Below, piece after piece: positions 1 through 11,215 of a DNA stretch of 64,000 nucleotides. Within the stretch, counting starts at the first letter, position 1. Each line of letters begins with the position of its first letter. The notes beneath the pieces were generated by a model. It saw only the letters and a list, made by a program, of their open reading frames with translations. It made no database searches and was not told where the DNA came from. The position numbers were made by a program, and so were the translations under genes. The stretch covers positions 1,922,001 through 1,986,000 of the forward strand of contig OZ024765.1 in the NCBI GenBank assembly GCA_964016885.1, read 5' to 3'. The DNA comes from Eledone cirrhosa (taxonomy: Eukaryota).

Positions 1-74
1 AATTGATATTATATACGCTAGTATATATATTATATATACACTAGTATATATATATATATTATATATACACTAAA

Positions 75-240
75 ACATGGGCGGAGGTGGTGAGACCAGA
101 CCTCAGATCGCTGAAGCTCACAGGGGAGATGACGAAGGACCGTGACAAGTGGAGAGATGCTGTGCTGAAAAAGAGGACCCGTCCCATCCTTGCAAGCAGG
201 GAAAAGCGGACGTAATATGATGATGATGATGATGATGATG
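75..240 (+). mobile_element. RTE-clade LINE 3' fragment
   Basis: KTWAEVVRPDLRSLKLTGEMTKDRDKWR peptide and (ATG)n tail. Same family at 2800-2905-, 16269-16575-, 31898-32085+; related at 62350-62575-. Confidence 0.8.
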
Positions 241-1587
241 ATATTTCTATTTTATAAAGCTACTATTTTTACGCTATATATTGATTAGTATTTTATTTAA
301 AAATAAAACACTATCTTATTTGAAAATAATTAAATTAAATTGCTTCCATAATTTTTTTTAATGTTTTTTTTATAATTAACACTTTTAAAATCAATCAACC
401 CTCAATGCCCCTTAGGTCCTATGAAACAAAAACCTACGCACCTAAAACTAATTCCCCCTAACCACCCACCACCAGCATAATTTTAAATGAGAAGATTTTG
501 CTAACCCTTTCATGCCTGTATTTTCATTGAAATACATTTTATTTCAATGTAATTAATGAAAGATTTTGAGGGATTTATTAAAATAATTAATTACTTTAGA
601 CCAAGGTAGTAACTTAACGAATTTTCTTATAAATAATTTTGTTGGAAGATTTAATTTCACCCCTTAATGACAATAGCTCTAATGAAATACACTCTATTTC
701 AATTAATTAATGAAGAATTTTAAGGGATTTACTAAAACTATTATTTATTTCATTACGAAGGTAATAAATTAAACCTTTAGCATTTATATTATTCTATAAA
801 ATCTATTGTATTTTTGTGGTAAAGGCTTTATTTCACGTAATTATCTCACATAGTATTTACATTATTCTATACCACCACCCCCTCACCACCACCACCATCA
901 TCCTTATCACTGGCACTACCACCACCTCATCACCACCACTGCCACCACCACTACCACCACCTCATCACCACCACTGCCACCACCATCACCACCTCATCGT
1001 CACCATCACTGCCACCACCACCACCACCATCATCCTTATCACTGGCACCACCACCACCTCATCACCACCACTGACACTACCACCACCAACTTAACCCTTT
1101 AGCATTTAAACCGGCCATATCTGGCCAGTATTCTCTCACCTCTTTCTCTTCAAACTGGCTGTAACTGGCCACTCATACTGATGTTAAGGTATTGTTCTCA
1201 AAATAATTAAAATACAGTGTATTTCTTTAGAAATATGGTCCTGAAAGAGTTAAGTTACTATCTTTGTAATGAAATAATTAATCATTTTTGTGAATCCCTC
1301 AAAATTCTTCATTAATTAATTAAAATAGAGTGCATTTCGTTACAAATGCAGTTATGAAAAGGTTAAAAGACTTTCATTAGTGAATTGCTGTTAGATCATT
1401 TTTTTTTTTTCATGCCAACAATGTTTTAGTGTTGGTTAATGGTGGAAGTGGCGAATTGTCATAGAATGGTTTATGGTATTTGTTCTGGTTTTCTGCTCTC
1501 TGAGTTCAAATCCCGCCGAGGTCAACTTTTCCTTTCATTTTTTCGAGGTCGATAAAAAACACTACCAGTTTAGTCCTGGGTTAATTC

Positions 1588-1649
<62 letters not shown>

Positions 1650-2056
1650 AATAAAGTGTCTTGCTGATGTGTTGTTTCCTTGAGCAAGACACTTTATTTC
1701 ACATTGCTCCAGTTTACTCAGCTGTAGAAATGAGATGATAAGGACTGGGGTCCATATCATTCCACTGCAAAGTGGTCATGGAGGTGCCATGGCAAAAAAG
1801 CACCCAGCACTCACTGTAAATGAGGTTGGTGTTAGGAAGGGCATCCAGCTGTAGAAATCAAGCCAGAATCAGTTCCCGTCCCACCCTTGCAAGCAGGGAA
1901 AAGTGGACGTAAAATGAAATGAAAAATGAAAAATGATATATATATATATATGCAAAAGTTCTATTTAAATTGTTGGGATACAAGTAAATATTTTATAACT
2001 GTAAATTTATAACAAGTAAATATTTCATATATACATATATATATATATACATATAC

Positions 2057-2094
<38 letters not shown>

Positions 2095-2629
2095 TAAGGT
2101 TTGTTGGTTCACCACTGGATAGAACTGGTCATTCCGTATGGTCAATCCTGGTGTAATATTGTGAAGAGTACTCAACGCAGTGCAGTTCACCCATCTTCGT
2201 TTGTGTAAGGATTTACACCAGTCCAGCCTCCTGTTATTTCATTTATATATATATATATATATATATAGTACCAGTTTAGTACTGGGGTGGAGTCTTCCTC
2301 TATATCTCTTTCTCATTTCCTCTCTCTCACTTTCTATCTTTCTCTTGAAGAAATCTGCTGTACTCTGGCCTGGAGAGGGGTGGGCTCCACCAGGCTTAAA
2401 AGGGTCAATTAAATAGACCCCAGTGTATTACTGGTATTTTATGAAGGCAAAGCTAACCTCGGTGGGATTTGAACTCAGAAAATAAAGGGCCATAACTCTA
2501 TGCCGCAAAGCATGTTGTTCGAAGCTCTACCGAATCTACTAGCAATCCACCGCCGCCCCTAATTAATTAAATAAAGAAAAAAATAAATTAGCGATTGGCT
2601 GCGCAGTCACCAGTAGATATTATACTTAC

Positions 2630-2748
2630 ATTTTTATGATCATTAATCACAGGAGTACTTCCAAAACACAGCGTGTAGTTAGCCCAGAAACGGCCCGAGG
2701 CGTGTCTGAACCAGGTTCCATTCTCAGTACAGAATTTGTAAGCGGGGC
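2630..2748 (-). CDS. Class B1 GPCR (calcitonin/CGRP/DH31-receptor-like) ectodomain exon: (G)PAYKFCTENGTWFRHASGRFWANYTLCFGSTPVINDHKN
   Basis: Minus-strand acceptor tttcag (AG at 2750-2749) and donor gtaagt (2629-2624). Length 119 bp, phase 1 to phase 0, matching the phase-1 end of exon 2997-3110. The motif C-x-x-x-G-x-W-F-R-H...W-x-N-Y-T-x-C is typical of calcitonin-receptor-family ectodomains. Confidence 0.93.
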
Positions 2749-2996
2749 CTGAAATTAGATTTAAAAAAAATTAAAATAAACAAAAAATAATCACAGAATC
2801 ATCATCATCATCGTCATCACTTTATGTCTGCTTTTCCCTGCTTGCAAGGGTGGGACGGGTCCTATTCAGCACAGCATCTCTCCACTTCTCATGGCCCTTC
2901 GTCATGATGATGACGAGGAGGGGGACGAGGAGGGGGAGAGGGGGACGAGAAGGGGGGGGGGTAGATGAAATAAAAGAATGGTATTGTATATATTAC

Positions 2997-3110
2997 CTTT
3001 TCCTTGGAAGACTGGTATGTGAGCTGGGCATGCGGTTTCGGCAGTATGTCCTGCCAGGGTGTAGTTCCAACAACCCCAGCCATCAAAAGTACTTTCACAA
3101 TAAAGTTCAT
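2997..3110 (-). CDS. Class B1 GPCR hormone-receptor domain exon: (D)ELYCESTFDGWGCWNYTLAGHTAETACPAHIPVFQGK
   Basis: A (CT)n pyrimidine tract and ttcag acceptor (3112-3111), with a gtaata donor (2996-2991). Length 114 bp, phase 1/1. It carries the C-x-x-T-F-D-G-W-x-C-W-x-x-T-x-A-G...C-P signature of secretin-family ectodomains. Confidence 0.95.
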
Positions 3111-3356
3111 CTGAAGAGAGAGAGAGAGTGAGAGAGAGTGAGAGAGAATTAATAATTGTTTCTACTTTTGGCACAAGGCCAGCAATTACCCCAGTTCATT
3201 ACTGGTACTTTATTTTATCGACCCCGTATGGATGAAAGGCAAAGTTAACCTCGGCGGGTGTTTGAACTCAGACCGTAAAGGGCCGTAACTCTATGCTGCA
3301 AAGCGTGGCGTCCGACCCTCTACCGATACTGCCAATCCACCGCCCTAGAGAGAGAA

Positions 3357-3898
3357 CAATAATGGTTTCATTTATTGGACACAAGGGCCGACATGTAGGG
3401 GACAATACAAAGACAGGGACAGTGGGGGGTTTACAATAAGGTCGAGTAAAGGGGCACAATGGCACAAGACTAATTTAACAATGGAGATATAAAATTATAA
3501 AATAAACTATGCATAAATATAACAAAATAAATTCCCCAATAGGGGGTGGACGACCCTGGGGTGATTCGGGTACCCCACCAATCCTGAACCACCCTGCGCT
3601 TCTAAGGCACCCAGGGAGAGCACCCCTCTCCTCAAGTTAGCCAGCCTATAGGCGCATGGTCAGAGTAGGCCCATTCACACGGGCCATTCTCGCTACATTC
3701 ATCCACCTTTTAGCAAATGTACTGGGGTGGGGGGGGGGGGGTGGGGGGGCAGCACTTCTCTCTCCACCCTCACCTTCCTTTCCAGGTGAAACTTGAAGAA
3801 GTTGATGAGGGATTGGCCGAAGAGAAAAGTGTCTGACTTCAGTCCTTTTAATCTGGTTCACCATATAACCTCTTTCGCAACTGCCACCAGACAGAGGA
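3357..3898 (-). mobile_element. 3' end of an L1/Tx1-clade LINE (decayed ORF2 C-terminus and 3' UTR)
   Basis: Minus strand reads FLCLVAVAKEVIW*TRLKGLKSDTFLFGQSLINFFKFHLERKVRVERE...FAKRWMNVARMARVNG. The AK-x-x-IW-x-x-R motif fits L1/Tx1 ORF2. AATAAA precedes an (ATT) tail. Confidence 0.65.
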
Positions 3899-4459
3899 AT
3901 ATAATAATAATTGTTTCTACTTTAGGCACAAGGCCAGCAATTACCCCAGTGCATTACTGGTGCTTTATTTTATCGACCCCGTAAGGATGAAAGGCAAAGT
4001 TAAACTCGACGGGGGTTTGAACTCAGACCATAAAGGGCCGTAACTCTATGCTGCAAAGCGTGGCGTCCGACCCTTAACTGATACTGCCAATCCACCGCCC
4101 TAGAGAGAGAATAATAATAACATTAAAGGTTCCAATTATTTCTTTATACGTCCCTTTACGATCTGAGTTCAAATCCCGCCGAGGTTAACTTTGCCTTTCA
4201 TCCTTACGGGGTCGATAAAATAAAAGTACCAGTAATGCACTGGGTAATTGCTGGCCTTGTGCCAAAAAGTAGAAACAATTATATTTCAATAAGAGAATTC
4301 TGCTGTACCTCTGTCACTATTTAATATAATATATGTTGTCATCCGTAACTTCCATATTTTCATGGTTTCTATACATTGTAAGGAGCGCTTAACTATTTCT
4401 ATTGTTTTCTCACTCTCTCACTCTCTCTCTCTCTCTCTCTCTCTCAATGTGGAAGGGGT

Positions 4460-4995
4460 GGAGGAGAAGAAGATGGTAAAGAAGAAGAAGTAGGAGGAGA
4501 AGAAGATGGTAAAGAAGAAGAAGTAGGAGGGGAAGAAGATGGTAAAGAAGAAGGAGGAGGGGAAGAAGATGGTAAAGAAGAAGAAGTAGGAGGGGAAGAA
4601 GATGGTAAAGAAGAAGAAGTAGGAGGGGAAGAAGATGGTAAAGAAGAAGGAGGAGGGGAAGAAGATGGTAAAGAAGAAGAAGTAGGAGGGGAAGAAGATG
4701 GTAAAGAAGAAGTAGGAGGGGAAGAAGATGGTAAAGAAGAAGGAGGAGGGGAAGAAGATGGTAAAGAAGAAGAAGTAGGAGGGGAAGAAGATGGTAAAGA
4801 AGAAGGAGGAGGGGAAGAAGATGGTAAAGAAGAAGGAGGAGGGGAAGAAGATGGTAAAGAAGAAGAAGTAGGAGGGGAAGAAGATGGTAAAGAAGAAGGA
4901 GGAGGGGAAGAAGATGGTAAAGAAGAAGAAGTAGGAGGGGAAGAAGATGGTAAAGAAGAAGGAGGAGGGGAAGAAGATGGTAAAGAAGAAGGAAG
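4460..4995. repeat. Purine-rich ~30-bp minisatellite
   Basis: ggaggggaagaagatggtaaagaagaag(aagt)a repeated. Confidence 0.95.
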
Positions 4996-5537
4996 AAAAA
5001 GAAAAAGAAAAAGAAAAAAAGAAGAAAAAGAGTTTTATTGATTGTCAGATAACAACAACAACAACAGCAGCAACAACAATAGCAGTAACTATGGCAACAG
5101 CAACAACAACAACAGTGGCAGTAGCGAGAATAACAACAATAACAACAACACTACAGCAAAAACTATGACAGTAACTATGGCAACAACTACAGCAACAATT
5201 ACAACATCAGCAGCGACTGTAGTCGCAGTAACAACAGTAGTAGTAGTGGTGGTGGTAGTAGTAGCAGCAGCGGTGGTAGCGTTAGTAGTAGTAGTAGTAG
5301 TAGAGGTAGTAGCAATAGTGGTGGTGGTAGTGGTAGTAGTAGTAGCAGTAGTAGTAGTTGTGATGGTGGTAGTAGTGGTGGTGGTAGTAGTAGTAGTGGT
5401 GGTGGTGGTAGTAGTAGTAGTAGTAGTGATGGTGGTAATAGTAGTGGTGGTGGTCGTAGTAGTGGTAATAGCAGTGGCAGTAGTAGTAGAAGTAGGGGTG
5501 GTGGTGGTAGTAGTAGTAGTAGTAGCAGTAGCAGTAA

Positions 5538-5572
<35 letters not shown>

Positions 5573-5959
5573 ATCGCAACAAAGCTGTAACAACAACAAC
5601 GACATCATTAAGAACATCAACAACAAAATTATCTTTATCAAGAACAAAGGGTTTACAAAATAATAAAAAATAACAAAAAATAACTAAAAAAATATAACAA
5701 CAATAATAAATAAAATAAAATAAAATAAAAATAAGAATTACTGTGAAGGACACAGCAGGAAGTTTATGGGTGTGTATACATATATTAGCAAAAACAACAG
5801 ACTAAACTATATAACTACAATAAAAAAGGAAGACAATACCTATGGTTTCATAGGAAGCATTAATAATGCTTTCTACATTGAGCACAAGGCCAGCAATTTA
5901 TTTCATATCTCAGTGATGTGGTTACAATATCTAGTTTACTTTCTAATAACAATTTCCTC

Positions 5960-6316
5960 GGTTCTAACCCTACATTTGTCCCTGTAAATAGTTATTTCTC
6001 CAAAGTTACACAAGGTCCTCGGTTCTAACCCTACATTTGTCCCTGTAAATAGTTATTTCTCCAAAGTTACACAAGGTCCTGGGTTCTAACCCTACATTTG
6101 TCCCTGTAAATAGTTATTTCTCCAAAGTTACACAAGATCCAGGGTTCTAACCCTACATTTGTCCCTGTAAATAGTTATTTCTCTAAAGTTACACAAGGAC
6201 CAGGGTTCTAACCCTACATTTGTCCCTGTAAATAGTTATTTCTCCAAAATTACACAAGGTCCTGGGTTCTAACCCTACATTTGTCCCTGTAAATAGTTAT
6301 TTCTCTAAAATTACAC
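5960..6316. repeat. 61-bp minisatellite, ~6 copies
   Basis: ggttctaaccctacatttgtccctgtaaatag starts at 5960, 6021, 6082, 6143, 6204 and 6265. Confidence 0.95.
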
Positions 6317-6486
6317 ATATATTTAACCCTATATGTCATTTGTACATATATAAACATGGCCGCAATTTACCAAAAATAAATATTCTTAAAAAGACTCCAG
6401 TTGCATTTTCAATTTCTTTTCCGTATACTTTCACTCGTGTAGGACATCTCGTTTTTATTTTTCATTAAAAAAAAAACCCCTCATTT

Positions 6487-6525
<39 letters not shown>

Positions 6526-6650
6526 AGTTCTATTTAAATTGTTGGGATACAACAAGCAAATATTTTTATAACTGATATAAAGCACTCAACAAATATTTGG
6601 AGTAAAAATACGATATTAACAAATGGAAACTATATTTATAAAACCATATT

Positions 6651-6715
6651 TATTTCATTATACATATTTCAAGGACACCAAGTTAAATTATGGTGTGCTT
6701 TCATCAGATAAAATA
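6651..6715 (-). ncRNA. Hammerhead ribozyme motif, family C (left arm of palindrome)
   Basis: Reverse complement of the copy at 6874-6938; core intact. Confidence 0.75.
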
Positions 6716-6873
6716 TAATATAGATCAGTTTTATAAATAAATATTGACATACCCTTAAAGAATGCAACCATTACTGTTGGAAGCTCCCGATAGACTATCC
6801 GGGAGCTTCCAACAGTAATGGTTGCATTCTTTAAGGGTATGTCAATATTTATTTATAAAACTGATCTATATTA

Positions 6874-6938
6874 TATTTTATCTGATGAAAGCACACCATA
6901 ATTTAACTTGGTGTCCTTGAAATATGTATAATGAAATA
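6874..6938 (+). ncRNA. Hammerhead ribozyme motif, family C
   Basis: UAUUUUAU-CUGAUGA-AAG C ACACCA(loop)UGGUGU C CUU-GAAA-U AUGU AUA-AUGAAAUA: 8-bp stem I, two-part stem II, short stem III, AUA triplet. Confidence 0.75.
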
Positions 6939-7186
6939 AATATGGTTTTATAAATATAGTTTCCATTTGTTAATATCGTATATATATATATTTCTTTGGG
7001 TTTGTTAGTTCACCACTGGATAGAACTGGTCAGTGTGTGTGGTCAGCCTCGATGTAATATTAGGGAAAGCACTCAACATAATGCAACCACCCGTCTTCGT
7101 TTGTGTAGTTGGTGGTGCGAGTACGAAATTAATTATTACAAAATAACAGGAGGCATGCTCTGGTGTAAATCCTTGAAATGTTGATT

Positions 7187-7244
7187 TTACTATGATCATT
7201 TCAATGACCGGGTTCAGTATGAATCCTGTGACATCATCAGGTAA
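7187..7244 (-). ncRNA. Hammerhead ribozyme motif, family E
   Basis: UUAC-CUGAUGA-(imperfect hairpin with UUCA/UGAA)-GAAA-U GAUC AUA-GUAA. Stem III is the palindrome AUGAUCAU. Confidence 0.6.
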
Positions 7245-7565
7245 TTCAAAATATAACGAAGGAATATATCAGATAAAAAATCCTTGGTGTTTAAATCAAA
7301 GACAGGAGGGCGACCGGTATTTTAGCGACTTGTATCTGCGTCGACCACTATATATATATATTTATTAAAATAACAGATAAAGTTTAAGCAAAGAATCACT
7401 GCTTTCACCCTTAACGGGATCTTAAGGGTGAAAGCAGCGATTCTTTGCTTAAACTTTAATCTGTTATTTTAATAAATATTTGCTCTACGGTTCTTATATA
7501 TTTGATATATATTTATCCTTATCGAGCCCTCTTTGGATTTTAGTCTTCAAATTTATTATTATTAC

Positions 7566-7607
<42 letters not shown>

Positions 7608-7612
<5 letters not shown>

Positions 7613-8135
7613 CGGGTAAAATTCCCGAGATCCATGGACAAGTTCTCTCCAGCGGTCTCTGTCCCTCATTATCGCTGCCATGTCCTGCGTCTCCAACAGA
7701 CCAGTGTCTGTCCTAAGGGCATCAACATACGTTAACCTTGGTCTTCCTCTTCTAGTGTCCATGCAGGGGCTCCCACAGGAGCACTGAGTGCAGTGTCAAC
7801 TCTGGATGTTGGTGAGCATGTCCAGCTAACCTCAGTCTCCTCTGAATGTCCCTTTCGAGCTGACTTTTGGGAGGCTCCGCGGTCTCTGTCCGTCATTATC
7901 GCTGCCATGTCCTGCGTCTCCAACAGACCAGTGTCTGTCCTAAGGGCATCAACATACGTTAACCTTGGTCTTCCTCTTCTAGTGTCCATGCAGGGGCTCC
8001 CACAGGAGCGCTGAGTGCAGTGTCAACTCTGGATGTTGGTGAGCATGTCCAGCTAACCTCAGTCTCCTCTGAATGTCCCTTTCGAGCTGACTTTTGGGAG
8101 GCTCCCAAACAGCTCTGAGTTTTTCATCCTCAGTG
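7608..8135 (-). mobile_element. Same LINE family as 63140-63560, with an internal 227-bp tandem duplication
   Basis: RRLRLAGHAHQHPEL...RRGRPRLTYVDAL occurs twice; 7652-7878 is repeated at 7879-8105. Confidence 0.85.
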
Positions 8136-8148
8136 TATATTAATGTCC

Positions 8149-8190
<42 letters not shown>

Positions 8191-8439
8191 AGAGAGAGGG
8201 GGGGGGGGGAGAGAGAGATGGAGAGGAAGAGAGAGAGGTTGAAAGAAAGCTATAACAGTAAAGATTACTAACTGTAGCTTTGACAAGGGGCACATTTCGA
8301 TTGAAATGTTAAAAAGACTAAACAGAAAGTCTGACATGAAATACCTGAGGTGACAATTAAATGATGTTTGAACTTGAAGGATTTCTAAAGTGTGGCATGT
8401 AGAGAGTGGACTGTGTAGTGGGTGTGCTGGGTGTGACAT

Positions 8440-9570
8440 AGTAGTGGTGTGATGGTAGAGGTGGTTGTGGTGATGGTGGGATGGCGGTTGTGGTGATTAG
8501 TGTTTGTGGTAGGTGTAGCGTAGTAATGGTGTGATGGGGGTGGGGGTTGTGGTGGTGTTGGTTGTGTGATGGTAGTGGTGTTGGTGCATTTGGTTGTGGT
8601 GTTGTTGGTGGTGTATAGGTAGTGGTGGTGCTGAGGTGGTGGTGTTTGTGGTGGTGGTGGTGGTGGTGGCGTGATGGTGGTGGTGGTGGCGTGATGGTGG
8701 TGGTGGTGGTGTGATTGTGGTGTTGGCGGTGGTGTTTGTTGTGGTGTGATGGTTGTGGTGTTGGTGTATTTGGTTGTGGTGTTGTTGGTGGTGTATAGGT
8801 AGTGGTGGTGCTGAGGTGGTGGTGTTTGTGGTGGTGGTGGTGGTGGTGGCGTGATGGTGGTGGTGGTGTGATTGTGGTGTTGGCGGTGGTGTTTGTTGTG
8901 GTGTGATGGTTGTGGTGTTGGTGTAGCTGGTTGTGGTAGTAGTGGTAGTGGTGGTGGTGGTGGTGCAATGGTGGTGGTGGTGTGATGATTGTGGTGTTGG
9001 TGGTGTAGAGATGATGGTGGTGGTGTGATGGTGGTGTGGTTGTGGTACTGCTCATGGTGATGATGGTGATGGTGATATTGATGATGATGATGATGATAGC
9101 AATGATGGTGATGATGGTTGTGATGATGTTGATGATGATGATGATGATGGTGATGGCGATAATGATGATGATGATGGTGATGATGGTGATGGTGATGATG
9201 ATGATGATGGTGATGGTGATGGTGATGATGGTGATGGTGATGATGATGGTGATGATGGTGATGGTGATGATGGTGATGATGGTGATGGTGATGATGGTGG
9301 TGATGGTGATGATGGTGATGATGGTGATGGTGATGATGATGGTGATGGTGATGGTGATGGTGATGATGATGATGATGATGGTGATGATGGTGATGGTGAT
9401 GATGGTGATGATGGTGATGGTGATGATGATGGTGATGGTGATGATGGTGGTGATGGTGGTGGTGATGATGATAATGATGATGGTGATGGTGATGGTGATG
9501 GTGGTGATGATGGTGGTGATGATGATGATGTAAATTGAGATGATGATGGTGATGGTGATGATGATGATGG
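8440..9570. repeat. (GGT)n/(GAT)n low-complexity tract
   Basis: Direct reading. Similar trinucleotide tracts lie at 5050-5580, 15150-15960, 36470-36920, 38700-40410, 42930-43300, 49185-49970 and 55790-56400. Confidence 0.95.
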
Positions 9571-10799
9571 CCAATTAGAATTGTTCACACAGTTATGAGT
9601 AAGGTCAGATAAAAATCTAAAAAAAGAAAACTGTGAACTATAAAAAAACCCAACATACATAAATAAAATATATATTAAATAATATTAAAAAAATATAAAA
9701 TAAATGTTAAGCTGGTGTTTGGAACATAACTTAAGAAAGGTTCTTACATAAAATTATGGTGGAAAGTTTTGAGATAAATATAAACACTTTAACCCTTTCA
9801 TTACCATATTTCTAATGAAAGACACTGTCTTATTAACCTGGTGTTTGGAACATAACTTAACAAAGGTTCTTACATAAAATTACAATGGAAGGATTTTAGA
9901 TAAACCCTTTCATTACCATATTTCTAATGAAAGACACTGTCTTATTAACCTGGTGTTTGGAACATAACTTAACAAAGGTTCTTGCATAAAATTATGATGG
10001 AAGGTTTTTAAAATAAATGTAAACACTTTAAAATAAAGTTTTGTATCATAGAACCAGGGGTATTTGGAACATAACTTAACAAAGATTCTTATATAAAATT
10101 TTACTGGAAGGTTTGCAGACAAACATAACACAGAACCAGGGTGTTTGGAAACTTAAAGGTCTTTATATAAAATTTTACTGGAGGGTTTTTAAACAAATAT
10201 AAGCTCTTTAAAGCAAACAGTTTTGTATCATAGAACCAGGGGTGTTTGGAACATAACTTAACAAAGGTTCTTACAGTTTTGTATCACTTTAAAACAAACA
10301 GTTTGTAATCATAGAACCAAGGGTGTTTAAAACAAACAGTTTTGTATCATAGAATCAGGGGTGTTTGGAACATAACTTAACAAAGGTTCTTACAGTTTTG
10401 TATCACTTTAAAACAAACAGTTTGTAATCATAGAACCAAGGGTGTTTAAAACAAACAGTTTTGTATCATAGAACCAGGGGTGTTTGGAACATAACTTAAC
10501 AAAGGTTCTTATGTAAAATTTTACTGGTATGTTTCTAAACAAATAAACTCTTTAAAAGAAACATTTTTTTTAAAATTACAGAACCACATAATTTCAGGGT
10601 GGTATAACAAGAACTAGTTTGTAACTAAGAGTGATTATATTCAGACTAATAACCTATTAATATCTCTCATCTAAAGTTTCATTATCTAACATTATATCGT
10701 TAGTGGTTTTAATTAATTTTTGCTAGTGAGAATTAACTCGGGTGGTGTGTGGTGGTGTGTGGTGAGATTGTGGTTAGGTTTGGTGGCCTGGGTTTGACG

Positions 10800-11215
10800 T
10801 ATGAGTCGGTTGGAAAAATTCATAAGCCGACTAAGATACTCTCATGGAATGACCAAATGAGGTTTATTTTTCAACATAGTCGCAAGAAAGAAACAATGTA
10901 GTTATTAATAAGAAGAGTTGAAATTAATGACATGCAATATTTCACAGCTCTAGCATCACTCCTTCATAAACTGACTAAGATACTCTCATGGAATGACCAA
11001 ATGAGGTATATTTTTCAACATAGTCGCAAGAAAGAAACAATGTAGTTATTAATAAGAAGAGTTGAAATTAATGACATGCAATATTTCACAGCTCTAGCAT
11101 CGCTCCTTCTAAAATAAGATACTCTCATGGAATGACCAAATGAGGTTTACTTTTCAACATAGTCCCTGGAAAGTAACAATACAGTTATTAATAAGAAGAG
11201 TTGAAATTAATGTAT
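10800..11215. repeat. Three ~140-bp tandem copies, possibly from a mariner-like terminus
   Basis: taagatactctcatggaatgaccaaatgagg..ttttcaacatagtc repeats at ~10833, 10976 and 11116. The mariner assignment rests on resemblance only. Confidence 0.5.

Larger units (their letters stand above)
6608..6981. repeat. Near-perfect ~370-bp palindrome (fold-back element, Penelope-terminus-like)
   Basis: Arms of ~186 bp meet at about 6795 (cccgatagactatccggg), and each arm carries a hammerhead motif. Related sequence lies at 14139-14560, 23040-23350 and 40715-40870. Confidence 0.9.

Noticed and set aside
2889-3110. ORF MNFIVKVLLMAGVVG as a signal-peptide-bearing protein
   Set aside because: It is an alternative frame of the GPCR exon; the ATG is the first three bases after the splice acceptor.
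8344-8410. Possible minus-strand exon (donor cctcag|gtat)
   Set aside because: No receptor-like peptide in any frame, and exon 29294 already joins 3110 in frame with correct Cys spacing.
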